NCBI GenBank assembly: GCA_963735035.1
Contig: CAVTJJ010000004.1
Location: forward strand, 704,001-768,000
Length of the DNA stretch: 64,000 nucleotides
Direction of reading: 5' to 3'
From: an uncultured candidate division Zixibacteria bacterium
GTDB taxonomy: Bacteria; Zixibacteria; MSB-5A5; GN15; FEB-12
Below the pieces are notes generated by a model that was not told the DNA's origin, did no database searches, and saw nothing but the letters and a program-made list of their open reading frames with translations. Shown piece by piece: positions 11,394-20,718 of the stretch (position 1 is the stretch's first letter; the number at the start of each line of letters is the position of its first letter). Made by a program: the position numbers and the translations under genes.

Positions 11394-11804
11394 ATGAATA
11401 ATTTTGCAATGAACTGGTGGGCGGTCATAGTTGCCGCGGTCGCCTACTTTGCCCTGGGTGCTATCTGGTACTCCCCGGTTCTCTTTTCCAAGGCCTGGTT
11501 GAAAGGAATCGGCAAGACCAAGGAACAAATCGACGCCGGGTTCTCGCCTCTGGTCCTGGTCTGGGCGTTCGTGTTTTCGTTTATCGCATCATACGGGATT
11601 GCCCGCCTGTACGTATGGAGTCATCTCGCGACGGTGTGGGACGGCATCGTGCTCGGACTTCTGTGCGGCACTTGCTTTGCCCTGCCGACCTTCGCGATCA
11701 ACGACATATTCGAGCAACGCCCCCGCCAGTTGAGCTTCATCAACGTGTTGTATCACATTGCGGGATTTGTGCTGATGGGCGTGATCATCGGGGCGTGGCA
11801 TTGA
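11394..11804 (+). CDS. DUF1761 family membrane protein
   Basis: NWWAVIVAA...LGAIWYSPVLFSKAW; four TM segments; GGAGG RBS. Confidence 0.85.
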   Translation: MNNFAMNWWAVIVAAVAYFALGAIWYSPVLFSKAWLKGIGKTKEQIDAGFSPLVLVWAFVFSFIASYGIARLYVWSHLATVWDGIVLGLLCGTCFALPTFAINDIFEQRPRQLSFINVLYHIAGFVLMGVIIGAWH

Positions 11805-11840
11805 GATTCGGTAATGTATGTCTGATGTCGACTGCAATAG

Positions 11841-12150
11841 ACGGGGCGCCAGCCCCGTCATGCCCGAGTAGTCGGGCATCCATGACCACTCGCAACCGCA
11901 GAATGTAGATCGCTGACTGTGGAGAAACAGTACGCATGGTCGTAGATCTATGTCTATTGGCACCACTGTATATGAGAGGGTCTCGCGGTCATACGTTCGC
12001 TTGTTGGCGGTACTTCATTTTCTGTCGCGACAGCCCATGGGCCCCCGACTACTCGGGGGTGACGGCCTGTCGGCCGTTTTCGATATTACAATCCATGTCG
12101 AAACCCCGCCACGGCGTGCAGGCGCCCGAAGCGGGCTGGTTTCGACCTAC
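11841..12150. repeat. Composite palindromic repeat element, copy 1 (inverted homologue at 27260-27548)
   Basis: GTCATGCCCGAGTAGTCGGGCATCCATGACCACTCGCAACCGCA ... CCCATGGGCCCCCGACTACTCGGGGGTGACGGCC ... CTGGTTTCGACCTAC; same blocks in the same order in the reverse complement of copy 2. Confidence 0.85.
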
Positions 12151-12174
12151 GCAGTAAGAGAATTAGGCATAATC

Positions 12175-12205
12175 AAGAAGCCCTCACAGATGTGAGGGCT
12201 TCTTT
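12175..12205. terminator. Bidirectional intrinsic terminator candidate
   Basis: AAGAAGCCCTCACA-GA-TGTGAGGGCTTCTT(T) perfect inverted repeat between convergent genes. Confidence 0.7.
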
Positions 12206-12222
12206 CGTATCGATAATACATT

Positions 12223-12274
12223 GTCGGGTTTCTTGGTCCTTCGCTCTGCTCAGGACCTGCGGAACCCGACCTAC
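12223..12274. repeat. GTAG-type REP-like palindrome
   Basis: GTCGGGTT...GGTCC/GGACC...AACCCGACCTAC; reverse complement starts GTAGGTCG. Confidence 0.65.
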
Positions 12275-12287
12275 GAGTACCGGAAAT

Positions 12288-13802
12288 CTATTTCGCTTCC
12301 AGCGTCATCGGATCACGAAGCGGCAGAATCGTAATCGGTCCGAAATCAGAGAACTTCTCGGGGTGTTTGTCCGATCCCACCTGCACGGCATCGGGGTCAC
12401 CTACCACCAGATAAACCATCTTGTCCGGGTGCAGATACTTCTGCGCCACGGCCAGGACCGCGTCCGGTGTGACCGCCTGCATATTCTTGGTGTAGTTCTG
12501 CCAGTAATCGGCCGGACGATGGGTGTATTCATCGTTCGCAAACGTGTTCACGATCGCCTTCTTGTTGCTGAACGGATTGACCAGATCGGAGATGAAACTG
12601 CTCTTGGAGTTGTCAACAGTCGCCGAGTCGCACTTCTCGGTGCGGATCCGATTGATCTCGTCCACCATTAACTTCGTTCCGAAAGCAGCCGTCTCGTGCT
12701 TGGTCTGGAACCAGGCCCGGAAAGTGCCGGGGTACTGCACCGGCCTGTCAAACGCACTGCCGGCATTGTAGGCGAGACCTTCATCCGAGCGCACCCGCCG
12801 GACGATTCGTGACGTAAACCCGCCGCCTCCGAGGATGTCATTCATCACTACGAGCGCATATTGATCAGGGACGTCCCGTTTGACGCCCAAATGTCCGATC
12901 CGGACGCGAGACTGGTTGACATCCGCTTTCTTGATCATATAGACGCCCGGCTTGGGATCCGGTATTTGGTCGGCAATAGTCGGGAGAGTCAACGGCTGAT
13001 CGGGCCACCCGGCCAGCATCTTGTCAAGCTTGGCTATCATGTCAGCCTTCTTGAAATCGCCCGAGACGGCGAAAATGAAATTCTTCGGAAAGAAGTACTT
13101 CTTATGGAAGGCCACCAGATCGTCGCGGGTGATCGATTTGACTGTTTGCTCGGTTCGACGTGATGTTTCGGTGCAAGGATGATTGCCGTACATCAGGAAC
13201 TGCCATTCACGCGACTCGATCTCGTCGGTGGCAGCATTGCGCTGCTGCATATCGGAAAGTATGTCGGTCCGATAGCGGTCCGTGGCGACCTGATCGAAGA
13301 CCGGGTTGCGAAGGATCTTTGCCAGCAGTCCGAGACCCTCATCGATGTCTTTCGACAAACAGAAGAGGTTGGCGCCTCCAGCTGAACCGCCGATGTTCAC
13401 TGAAATATCACCGGCCAGGAACGCCAGACGCTCATCGATTTCCTTGGCGGTCATTCCCTGAACGCCGCCGTTGCGCATCAGATAGCCGGTCATATCCGCG
13501 AGTCCGGCCTTGTCGGTCGGCTCGTACATCGCGCCGCTACGGACTATCAGGGTGAGTTCAAAGGTCGGGAATTCTTTGTTCTCGGCGATAAAAGCCACTG
13601 CGCCGCACTTGAGTGTCGTGCGATAGGCGTCGGCTTTCGGCGGCTGGTACTTAAGCTCTTCGAACTTCAGTTTGTCGGGGTGGTCGACAATCTTGTCGGC
13701 TCCCATAATCGGGAAGGCACACAGGGTCAGGGCGAACGCCAGAAGAGCCGCCGGCGTCGCCGTCCGACCAAAGAATGCAAAGAATGATCTATTCATATTC
13801 AT
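12288..13802 (-). CDS. M16 (pitrilysin) family peptidase, non-catalytic subunit, secreted
   Basis: Signal peptide; lacks HxxEH; ILGGGGFTSRIVRRVRSDEGLAY with R/Y pair. Confidence 0.88.
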   Translation of the reverse strand: MNMNRSFFAFFGRTATPAALLAFALTLCAFPIMGADKIVDHPDKLKFEELKYQPPKADAYRTTLKCGAVAFIAENKEFPTFELTLIVRSGAMYEPTDKAGLADMTGYLMRNGGVQGMTAKEIDERLAFLAGDISVNIGGSAGGANLFCLSKDIDEGLGLLAKILRNPVFDQVATDRYRTDILSDMQQRNAATDEIESREWQFLMYGNHPCTETSRRTEQTVKSITRDDLVAFHKKYFFPKNFIFAVSGDFKKADMIAKLDKMLAGWPDQPLTLPTIADQIPDPKPGVYMIKKADVNQSRVRIGHLGVKRDVPDQYALVVMNDILGGGGFTSRIVRRVRSDEGLAYNAGSAFDRPVQYPGTFRAWFQTKHETAAFGTKLMVDEINRIRTEKCDSATVDNSKSSFISDLVNPFSNKKAIVNTFANDEYTHRPADYWQNYTKNMQAVTPDAVLAVAQKYLHPDKMVYLVVGDPDAVQVGSDKHPEKFSDFGPITILPLRDPMTLEAK

Positions 13803-13820
13803 TTCTCCTCGGGCAAAGGG

Positions 13821-15611
13821 CTACTTGCCTTCGGCGGCTTTAAGTTCGGCCAGACGTTCGTTGGCGATTTTGAGCAGATTTTCGATCTGGGTCTTTTCGG
13901 CGGGATCGGTCACTTTGTCCATCTGCGACCCGATCATTCCGATCATCTGCTCGATCTGAGCCGGGCTGGTCATCGATTTGATCATCTTGACGGCCTGAGC
14001 GAACTGCGGATCTTCGGCTTCCGCCGTTGGAGCACCGCCTGGAACCGCTTTACTGTTGATGATCAGGACATTGCGCTGGTCGCTGGCGAAATAGGTATTG
14101 GCCACCCGCTTGATATCTTCGGCGGTAATCATATCGCATTTTGCCGGGCCATTATTAGCTTCGGTCCAGTCACCGAGTGCGGCGTTGGAACCGAGATAGA
14201 AGAGAATGCCCAGGCCTGACATGATGTCCATGGAACGAATCACCTGCACTTTGAGCTGGTTCTTGACCTTCTGCAATTCCTGGGCGGGGACGAGGTTGGT
14301 CTGAAGGTCCGCTATGACTTCGTAGATCGCCTGTTCCAATTGTTCGGCTTTGACGCCAGTGATGCCGTCGGCAGAAATGCTGAAAGCGCCGGCATACTTG
14401 CGCGAGTCCTGTGAGGCGTTGACGCCTATGTCGCTGCCGCCACGACGCCCACCACCGCCGCCGGAACTCTTGGCGATACCTTTTTCCTCAACCAGTTTCT
14501 TGTACAACCGTCCGGTCTTGTCGCCCATGATCCCGGAGAGTATGTCAAGCGCGTAGCTGTCCGGATGTTTCCAGGCGACCGTGTGATACCAGATCTCGGC
14601 CTTCGGGGTGGTCTCGGCTTCGGCGATCAATCGCTTCTCGCCATACTGCTTTTCTTCGAGTGTGACCGGATCCGGAGGCGGGACGGTTCCTTTCGGGATG
14701 CGGTCGAAATAGGTCCGGACCATCTTGATCATTTCTTCCGGATTCAAATCGCCTACCAGGAGCATGGTCAGATTATTCGGGGCATAGTAGATATTGAAGT
14801 AATTGTCGGCCTGTTCTTTGGTGATGCTGCCCAGGTCCGAACCCCAGCCGACCACATCCCAGTGATACGATGATGATTTCCAGAACATGGCGGCGAAATC
14901 TTCTTCGATCAGACCGGTCGGAGTGGATTCGACTCCCAGCCGACGTTCTTCGCGAACGACATCCCGTTCGGAGTAGAACTCACGGAAGACAGGATGGCTG
15001 AAACGGTCCGACTCCAGCCACATGTACAGCTCGATTTTGTTCTTGGGCAGGCGGACAAAATAGCCGGTGAAATCCTGCGAGGTGAAGGCATTGAGGAACG
15101 CGCCGCCGTTCTTGGTGTAGAGTTCGTCGAGCTGATCCTTGATGATCAGCTTGCGTTCTTCCAGGACCAGAGAGTCGAAGACCTTCTCGATTTCCCGGTA
15201 GCGGGGCGTCTTGGCCTCTGGATCGAGCATGTCCTTGATTACGCCGCGTCTGAGATTCTCGCGCATGACTCGTTCTTCGACCCGCATCAGGGCGCGGAGC
15301 GAATCGAGTTTCGCCATGACCTCGTGATCGCGTTTGATGTCCGTGGTGCCGATCGTTTCCGTCCCTTTGAACATCATGTGCTCGAAGAGGTGGGAAATGC
15401 CGGTGATGCCGGTAGTCTCGTTGGCGGAGCCGACCCGGCAGAAAATCGAGGCCATAACGGTCGGAGCTTCGTGCCGCTCGACCATCAGTACCTGCATGCC
15501 GTTGTCGAGCCAGTACTCTTTGGCATCGATGTTCTGTGCGGTCGCCGGCAGGGCTGCGGCAAACAATATGACCGCCCCCACCAGAACCGCATGCGCTGTG
15601 CATCTGTTCAT
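13821..15611 (-). CDS. M16 family zinc peptidase, catalytic subunit, secreted
   Basis: Signal peptide; GISHLFEHMMFKGT, NAFTS, ERDVVREERR, YYAPNN. Confidence 0.92.
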   Translation of the reverse strand: MNRCTAHAVLVGAVILFAAALPATAQNIDAKEYWLDNGMQVLMVERHEAPTVMASIFCRVGSANETTGITGISHLFEHMMFKGTETIGTTDIKRDHEVMAKLDSLRALMRVEERVMRENLRRGVIKDMLDPEAKTPRYREIEKVFDSLVLEERKLIIKDQLDELYTKNGGAFLNAFTSQDFTGYFVRLPKNKIELYMWLESDRFSHPVFREFYSERDVVREERRLGVESTPTGLIEEDFAAMFWKSSSYHWDVVGWGSDLGSITKEQADNYFNIYYAPNNLTMLLVGDLNPEEMIKMVRTYFDRIPKGTVPPPDPVTLEEKQYGEKRLIAEAETTPKAEIWYHTVAWKHPDSYALDILSGIMGDKTGRLYKKLVEEKGIAKSSGGGGGRRGGSDIGVNASQDSRKYAGAFSISADGITGVKAEQLEQAIYEVIADLQTNLVPAQELQKVKNQLKVQVIRSMDIMSGLGILFYLGSNAALGDWTEANNGPAKCDMITAEDIKRVANTYFASDQRNVLIINSKAVPGGAPTAEAEDPQFAQAVKMIKSMTSPAQIEQMIGMIGSQMDKVTDPAEKTQIENLLKIANERLAELKAAEGK

Positions 15612-15858
15612 AGGCTAATTCCTTAGAGTTTTGTGCTCGCCGGGGGAATCCTGTCCATCCTGTCCTTTGCCCGGGTTGCGTGACTGGGCAATAGTACGCC
15701 AACCCGTTGTGGAAAGCAAGTGGCTGAAACAGGAATCCGCACACAATACGACAATGACATTTTTTGAATGACGGAAGATACTTTGCCTCATATCTTTAGC
15801 CGCATATTATGAGTTCTGGATGCGGCTGTGGAAGCGCACAGAAAGGACCGGTGTAACA

Positions 15859-16411
15859 ATGGATATTTGTCCCTGGTGGTTGGGTTACCTGCTGGTGAAT
15901 CCGCTTCGACGGCTGTTTGAAAACCCGGACAAGCTGTTGGCTCCTTATCTCACGCCGGGCATGACGGTGCTGGATATGGGCTGTGCGATGGGGTTCTTTA
16001 CGGTCCCGGCGGCCCGACTGATCGGCGAGAACGGCCGCGTGCTTGCCGTGGATTTGCAGCCGAAAATGATAAGTGCATTGAAGCGACGGCTCGCTCGGCG
16101 AGGGCTTCTGGACCGCCTGAGACGCTCGTGTGTGCGGCAAGAACGATCTCGGTATTGGGGACTATGATGGCCGGGTCGATCTGGCCCTGCTCATACATGT
16201 CGCGCACGAAGTGCCTGACCGGGACAGACTCTTCGCACAGCTTTATCGGGCCCTCAAACCGGGCGGGAAGCTGCTATTCAAAGAACCGCCGGGTCACGTG
16301 TCGGCCGACGCTTTCGGCGCCACACTGGTGTTGGCTGAGAAGGCTGGGTTTGTCATTGACCCGATGTTTGGCGGTGGGCGCGGGCATAAGCGAGTCTTGT
16401 CGAAAGCGTGA
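15859..16411 (+). CDS. Class I SAM-dependent methyltransferase, one +1 frameshift at ~16120
   Basis: VLDMGCAMGFFT, AVDLQPKM in the first frame; HEVPD...LKPGGKLL in the second; removing one A gives DRLDARVCG. Confidence 0.85.
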
Positions 16412-16493
16412 CGTTGCTTGGCAGGACGCCGATTTTGTGCCGCACCGATAGTTGTTGACTGCCGGTAGTCGGCTAGGTAAGAATGATACTGTC

Positions 16494-17732
16494 ATGGTTG
16501 ACGTTAACTGGTCACTGCCGCTTCGATTCTTGCTGACTCTCGGACTCTCGTTTCTGGTGGGCCTGGAGCGGGAGAGTTCCGCGCTCTATTCCAAAGGGCG
16601 AGTCTTCGCCGGCGTACGTACCTATTCGCTCATCGGAACGTTTGGTTTCGGCTGCGCCATTCTGTACCAGAGCGTGCCGTGGATGTTGCCCGCCGGGATG
16701 CTGGCCCTGGCCGGTCTGGCGGTGGTTGGGTATCTGGCGAAACTTCGCGAGGGGCATGTCGGCTGGACCTCCGAAGTTGCGAGCATAATCACGTTCGTTA
16801 TGGGGGCGTTATGCCTGCTGGCGGATATCTGGGTGCCGATGGCTATCGGGATCATTACGACTCTCCTGCTTTCGGAAAAAGCCCAGGTTGAAAAGTTCGT
16901 AGACAATCTCGACAAGACCGAATTCCATGCCGTGGTCCGGTTCCTAATTGTCTCGGTTATAATTCTGCCAGCCTTGCCCAATCAGGCCTACACTGAGTAC
17001 AATCTTAATCCGCATCACATCTGGCGCGTGGTGGTGCTGGTGTCGTCGATCGGTTTCGCCGGGTATTTCTTGGCGAAACGATTCGGCGAAAAACTCGGTC
17101 TGTGGATGTCCGGTCTGTTTGGCGGCATCGTTTCGAGTACGGCTACCAGTATTGCCGCGGGGCGCATCGCCGGACGGTCTCCTGAGCGCGCCGCGACCGC
17201 ACTTCAGGCATCGATCATAGCCTCCAGCGTTATGTACCTGCGGGTCTTAGTGCTGATTTGGTTCGTGTCGCCCGATTTTGCGGACCGCGTGTGGGCGCAG
17301 TTAGTTATCCTTGCGTTCATAGGTGGTGTTATGGTTCTGACGGTTCGAGGAACCAACCATACGGCGTCCACTGAGCGGGTCGAACCACAGCGCAATCCGT
17401 TTGAAATCCGCCCGGCCCTGATCTTTGCCTCATTGTTTGTGGCGCTTTCGGTGGTGACGGTGTTTGCCAGCAAGTACTACGGCGATACCGGTTTAATGGC
17501 TCTGTCCGGTCTGGTCGGCGTGACCGATATCGACCCGTTTATTCTCTCGCTGGTCAGTCGGACCGGAGAAATTCAGAGTCTCGCGGTCACGGCCGTACTC
17601 GTATCAATGGCCAGCAACACGCTGATAAAGGGGCTCTATTTCGGATTCCAGGCCCGCCCGATGAGGGTAGCGGCGTTGTGGCGTTTTGGTCTCTGGGCGG
17701 CGCTGCATTTCGTCGTGATTCAATTCAGTTAG
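16494..17732 (+). CDS. MgtC/SapB family protein with DUF4010 domain
   Basis: LVGLERE...AGVRTY; GGIVSSTAT; GVTDID; many TM segments. Confidence 0.88.
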   Translation: MVDVNWSLPLRFLLTLGLSFLVGLERESSALYSKGRVFAGVRTYSLIGTFGFGCAILYQSVPWMLPAGMLALAGLAVVGYLAKLREGHVGWTSEVASIITFVMGALCLLADIWVPMAIGIITTLLLSEKAQVEKFVDNLDKTEFHAVVRFLIVSVIILPALPNQAYTEYNLNPHHIWRVVVLVSSIGFAGYFLAKRFGEKLGLWMSGLFGGIVSSTATSIAAGRIAGRSPERAATALQASIIASSVMYLRVLVLIWFVSPDFADRVWAQLVILAFIGGVMVLTVRGTNHTASTERVEPQRNPFEIRPALIFASLFVALSVVTVFASKYYGDTGLMALSGLVGVTDIDPFILSLVSRTGEIQSLAVTAVLVSMASNTLIKGLYFGFQARPMRVAALWRFGLWAALHFVVIQFS

Positions 17733-17785
17733 TCTGGGTTGGCACGCCTTCTGAGGTTATATCGAATCGTTCGGGAAGGGGCTGA

Positions 17786-18451
17786 GTGAAGACGATCTAT
17801 TGCATACCGGGGCTTGGCGCCAACGAGACAATCTTTTCCAAACTGAATCCCAGGCTGGCCGAAATCAAACCGCTCAAGATGCCACGGCCCGCGCCTGATG
17901 AAAGCATTAGCTCTTATGCAGGGCGACTGGCAGTACAGATCGATACGAGCCGACCATTCTGGCTGCTGGGTCAGTCATTCGGTGGCATGCTGGCGATTGA
18001 ATTGGCGGGAAGGTGTCAGACTGAGAGGCTGATTCTTGTTTCGAGCGCCAGAAGCCGGGACGAATTGCCATGGTACGGCCGCCTGATCGGGAATCTTCGG
18101 CTCCACCGGCTGGTCCCCCTTTCGCAACCTCGTTTCATATCGCCGGTGAGTAAGTTTCTGAACGGTATCAAGTCCGCTGAGGACCTGGCCGTACTAAGGG
18201 GTTTTGCGGTGGGGCGGGATGTCGAGCTATTGCGATGGTCAACCGATCAGGCAATCAGATGGCGCGGGGGAGCGGCGCCCGCAAACATGGTTTGCATTCA
18301 TGGTACGGCCGATCGTCTTATTCCGGCGAGGAATGTGCATGCCGATTACTGGATTGAGAGCGGCACACACTTCATGATCGTTACGCGAGGGCAGGAAATT
18401 AGCGACCTAATTGACAATCTTATTGCCGGCGAATCCGGCCTGCGAAGTTGA
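17786..18451 (+). CDS. Alpha/beta hydrolase
   Basis: PGLGA, GQSFGG nucleophile elbow, IHGTAD, GTHFM. Confidence 0.88.
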   Translation: MKTIYCIPGLGANETIFSKLNPRLAEIKPLKMPRPAPDESISSYAGRLAVQIDTSRPFWLLGQSFGGMLAIELAGRCQTERLILVSSARSRDELPWYGRLIGNLRLHRLVPLSQPRFISPVSKFLNGIKSAEDLAVLRGFAVGRDVELLRWSTDQAIRWRGGAAPANMVCIHGTADRLIPARNVHADYWIESGTHFMIVTRGQEISDLIDNLIAGESGLRS

Positions 18452-18516
18452 CGCAGGAGTTGTGTCCGGCGCAACCATGGCGTATAATTCCCGTAAGTCA
18501 GATAGAGGATAATATT

Positions 18517-18714
18517 ATGCCGGTCTTTCTGCTCTGGTTGATTCTTGCGGTAATTTGCCTGCCATTAGCGCTGATAGTAATGGTGCTGTTTCCGCTCATC
18601 TGGCTGATTTTGCTTCCGTTAAGGCTGTTGGGAATAGCGGTCGAAGGCGTTTTCGAGTTCCTTCGCGCCCTGGTAATGCTTCCCGCCCGGCTCCTCGGCG
18701 GCGGGCGGCGCTAG
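18517..18714 (+). CDS. Small hydrophobic membrane protein
   Basis: GAGGA RBS; 65 aa Leu/Pro-rich hydrophobic ORF filling the intergenic gap. Confidence 0.65.
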   Translation: MPVFLLWLILAVICLPLALIVMVLFPLIWLILLPLRLLGIAVEGVFEFLRALVMLPARLLGGGRR

Positions 18715-18731
18715 CCCGACCTAACCCCGAT

Positions 18732-18759
18732 TTGACAAACCTCAGGATCAAGTTATATT
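18732..18759 (+). promoter_or_regulatory. Sigma70-like promoter candidate upstream of the DUF362 gene
   Basis: TTGACA-N16-TATATT. Confidence 0.5.
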
Positions 18760-18779
18760 CCATTATTGTTAAGTTTTGC

Positions 18780-18911
18780 AGGGCAGAACCTGACCGCGGT
18801 TTTGCCGCCCTGGCAGAACCACCCGCCGCGCGGGGTACTGCCCTATTGATTTTTGGAGAGACCGTTGTCGGGACCTCGCCTCGGCGAGCAGGCACAAGGG
18901 TCCCGACCTAC
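18780..18911. repeat. Two REP-like palindromes in the 5' region of the DUF362 gene
   Basis: AGGGCAG...CTGCCCT (18780-18844) and GTCGGGACC...GGTCCCGACCTAC (18867-18911). Confidence 0.6.
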
Positions 18912-18931
18912 TGTGAAAGTGAATTGATTCG

Positions 18932-20026
18932 ATGCCGTCAAGAGCCAAAGTTGCCGTCCTAAGAACCAACGCCGAGCAGGTGGTAACCGATTATCGCCGC
19001 TTGCTGGAATTGGCCAACTATAAGTCAATCCTGGATTTCAACCAGGACACGATCATCAAGCTTAACCTCTCCTGGACCAAGTATTTCCCGGCCTGTTCGT
19101 CCCAGCCCTGGCAGGTCGAAGGGGTGGTCAAGACCCTGGTCGAGGATGGTTTCCCGCGCAATCGGCTCTTCCCGGTCGAGAACAAGACGGTCGTCACCAA
19201 CCCGATCAAAGGGGCAGAGAACAACCTTTGGATGCCGGTGCTGAAACAGTACGGGCTTGGTTTTCAGCCGCTGCCCGATGTCGAATGGACCGTCTATCAG
19301 TTCAAAGAGAAACTGCTCAAACTGGATCAGATATTCCCCGAGGGGATTCAGATTCCTAAGATGTACATCGGGAAGCAGATTATCCATCTTCCGACGGTCA
19401 AGACTCACGGCCACTCGACCACCACGGGGGCGATCAAGAATTCGTTCGGGGGGCTGCTCAAGGAAGTCCGTCACTACGCCCACAAGTACATGCACGAGGT
19501 GCTGGTCGATCTTATGATCATGCAGAAAGAGCTGCATCCAAGATTGCTCGCTGTGATGGACGGAACCGTCGCAGGCGACGGGGCCGGACCGAGAACTATG
19601 ATTCCCCACGCCAAGAACCTGATCTTGGCGTCGTCCGATTCGGTCGCGATCGATTCGGTGGCTGCCCGCCTGATGGGGTTCGATCCGCTTTCGATACCGT
19701 ACCTTCGCATGTGCCATGAGCGTGGGCTGGGCGTGGCTGATCTAAGAGAAATCGAAGTTGTCGGCGAGGACATCTCCGAAATCAATTTCCATTTTGCGGT
19801 GAAGAAATCATTGGTCATCTGGGGCGACCAGATGCTTCGCAAGGGTCCCCTCCGGTTTCTGGAGAGGATTGCCCTGCACTCGCCGCTAGTTGTCTGGGCG
19901 CCGGCGGCGTCGAATTTCTACCACGACGTTCTCTGGTATCCAACCGTGGGGAAATCGATCATCCGCAAATTTTCCCAGACCGAATGGGGACGGTTGTTCG
20001 CGCAATACAAAGCGCGCAAGAATTGA
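18932..20026 (+). CDS. DUF362 domain-containing protein
   Basis: IIKLNLSW, LPTVKTH, TGAIKN, MDGTVAGDGAGP, DSVAIDSVAARLMG. Confidence 0.85.
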   Translation: MPSRAKVAVLRTNAEQVVTDYRRLLELANYKSILDFNQDTIIKLNLSWTKYFPACSSQPWQVEGVVKTLVEDGFPRNRLFPVENKTVVTNPIKGAENNLWMPVLKQYGLGFQPLPDVEWTVYQFKEKLLKLDQIFPEGIQIPKMYIGKQIIHLPTVKTHGHSTTTGAIKNSFGGLLKEVRHYAHKYMHEVLVDLMIMQKELHPRLLAVMDGTVAGDGAGPRTMIPHAKNLILASSDSVAIDSVAARLMGFDPLSIPYLRMCHERGLGVADLREIEVVGEDISEINFHFAVKKSLVIWGDQMLRKGPLRFLERIALHSPLVVWAPAASNFYHDVLWYPTVGKSIIRKFSQTEWGRLFAQYKARKN

Positions 20027-20062
20027 AGTTAAACAATCACATATTGCATATCGGTTACCGTC

Positions 20063-20527
20063 ATGAAAAATGATTCACGCACCTCCAGGAAGCTTATCCT
20101 CAGGAACTCACGCATCCAGGGACGGGGTGTGTTCGCCGGGCGCAGGATCCGCAAAGGTCAGCGGATTATCGAGTATATCGGCGAGATTATCACGGTCGAA
20201 GAAGAACAGCGGCGCTATGACGACGACGCCATGTCGCGCCACCATACTTTTCTGTTCAAGATCGACGAGAAGATAACGATCGACGCCACCCGTCGCGGCA
20301 ATATGGCCCGATATATCAATCACTCCTGCGGGCCGAATTGCGAGGCGGTGATGGAAGACGGACGGATTTTCATCGAAGCGATCCGCAACATCCAGCCGGG
20401 CACCGAGCTGACGTATGATTATTCATACGAGCACGAGGGTGAGCTCACGGCGGAACTCAAGGAATTCTATTTCTGCCGCTGCGGCTCCGACAACTGCCGT
20501 GGGACTATTCTCAATCCGATCGACTGA
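20063..20527 (+). CDS. SET-domain protein-lysine N-methyltransferase with post-SET
   Basis: SRIQGRGVFA, ARYINHSCGPN, ELTYDY, CRCGSDNCRG. Confidence 0.93.
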   Translation: MKNDSRTSRKLILRNSRIQGRGVFAGRRIRKGQRIIEYIGEIITVEEEQRRYDDDAMSRHHTFLFKIDEKITIDATRRGNMARYINHSCGPNCEAVMEDGRIFIEAIRNIQPGTELTYDYSYEHEGELTAELKEFYFCRCGSDNCRGTILNPID

Positions 20528-20718
20528 TCCAGACAGGGCGGGGGGAGGGCATCGGTGACCTTCTTGTTCGGTATGTCGAATTCATAACAACCTTTAGCAA
20601 AACTCCAGTAACTATTCTTGAGGTTTCTGCGTCTACAGAGCAGACACCGCGGTCGTCCTACCGCCAGAGTAATCTTGTGGCAGCCGCGGTATAGCCATGT
20701 TCTTCGAGGAGAATCATC

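Noticed and set aside
11936..12195. Small ORFs in repeat regions sharing peptides such as GPRLLGGDGL (also 26366, 27153, 27488)
   Set aside because: The similarity comes from translating the DNA palindromic repeats; no RBS or coding signal
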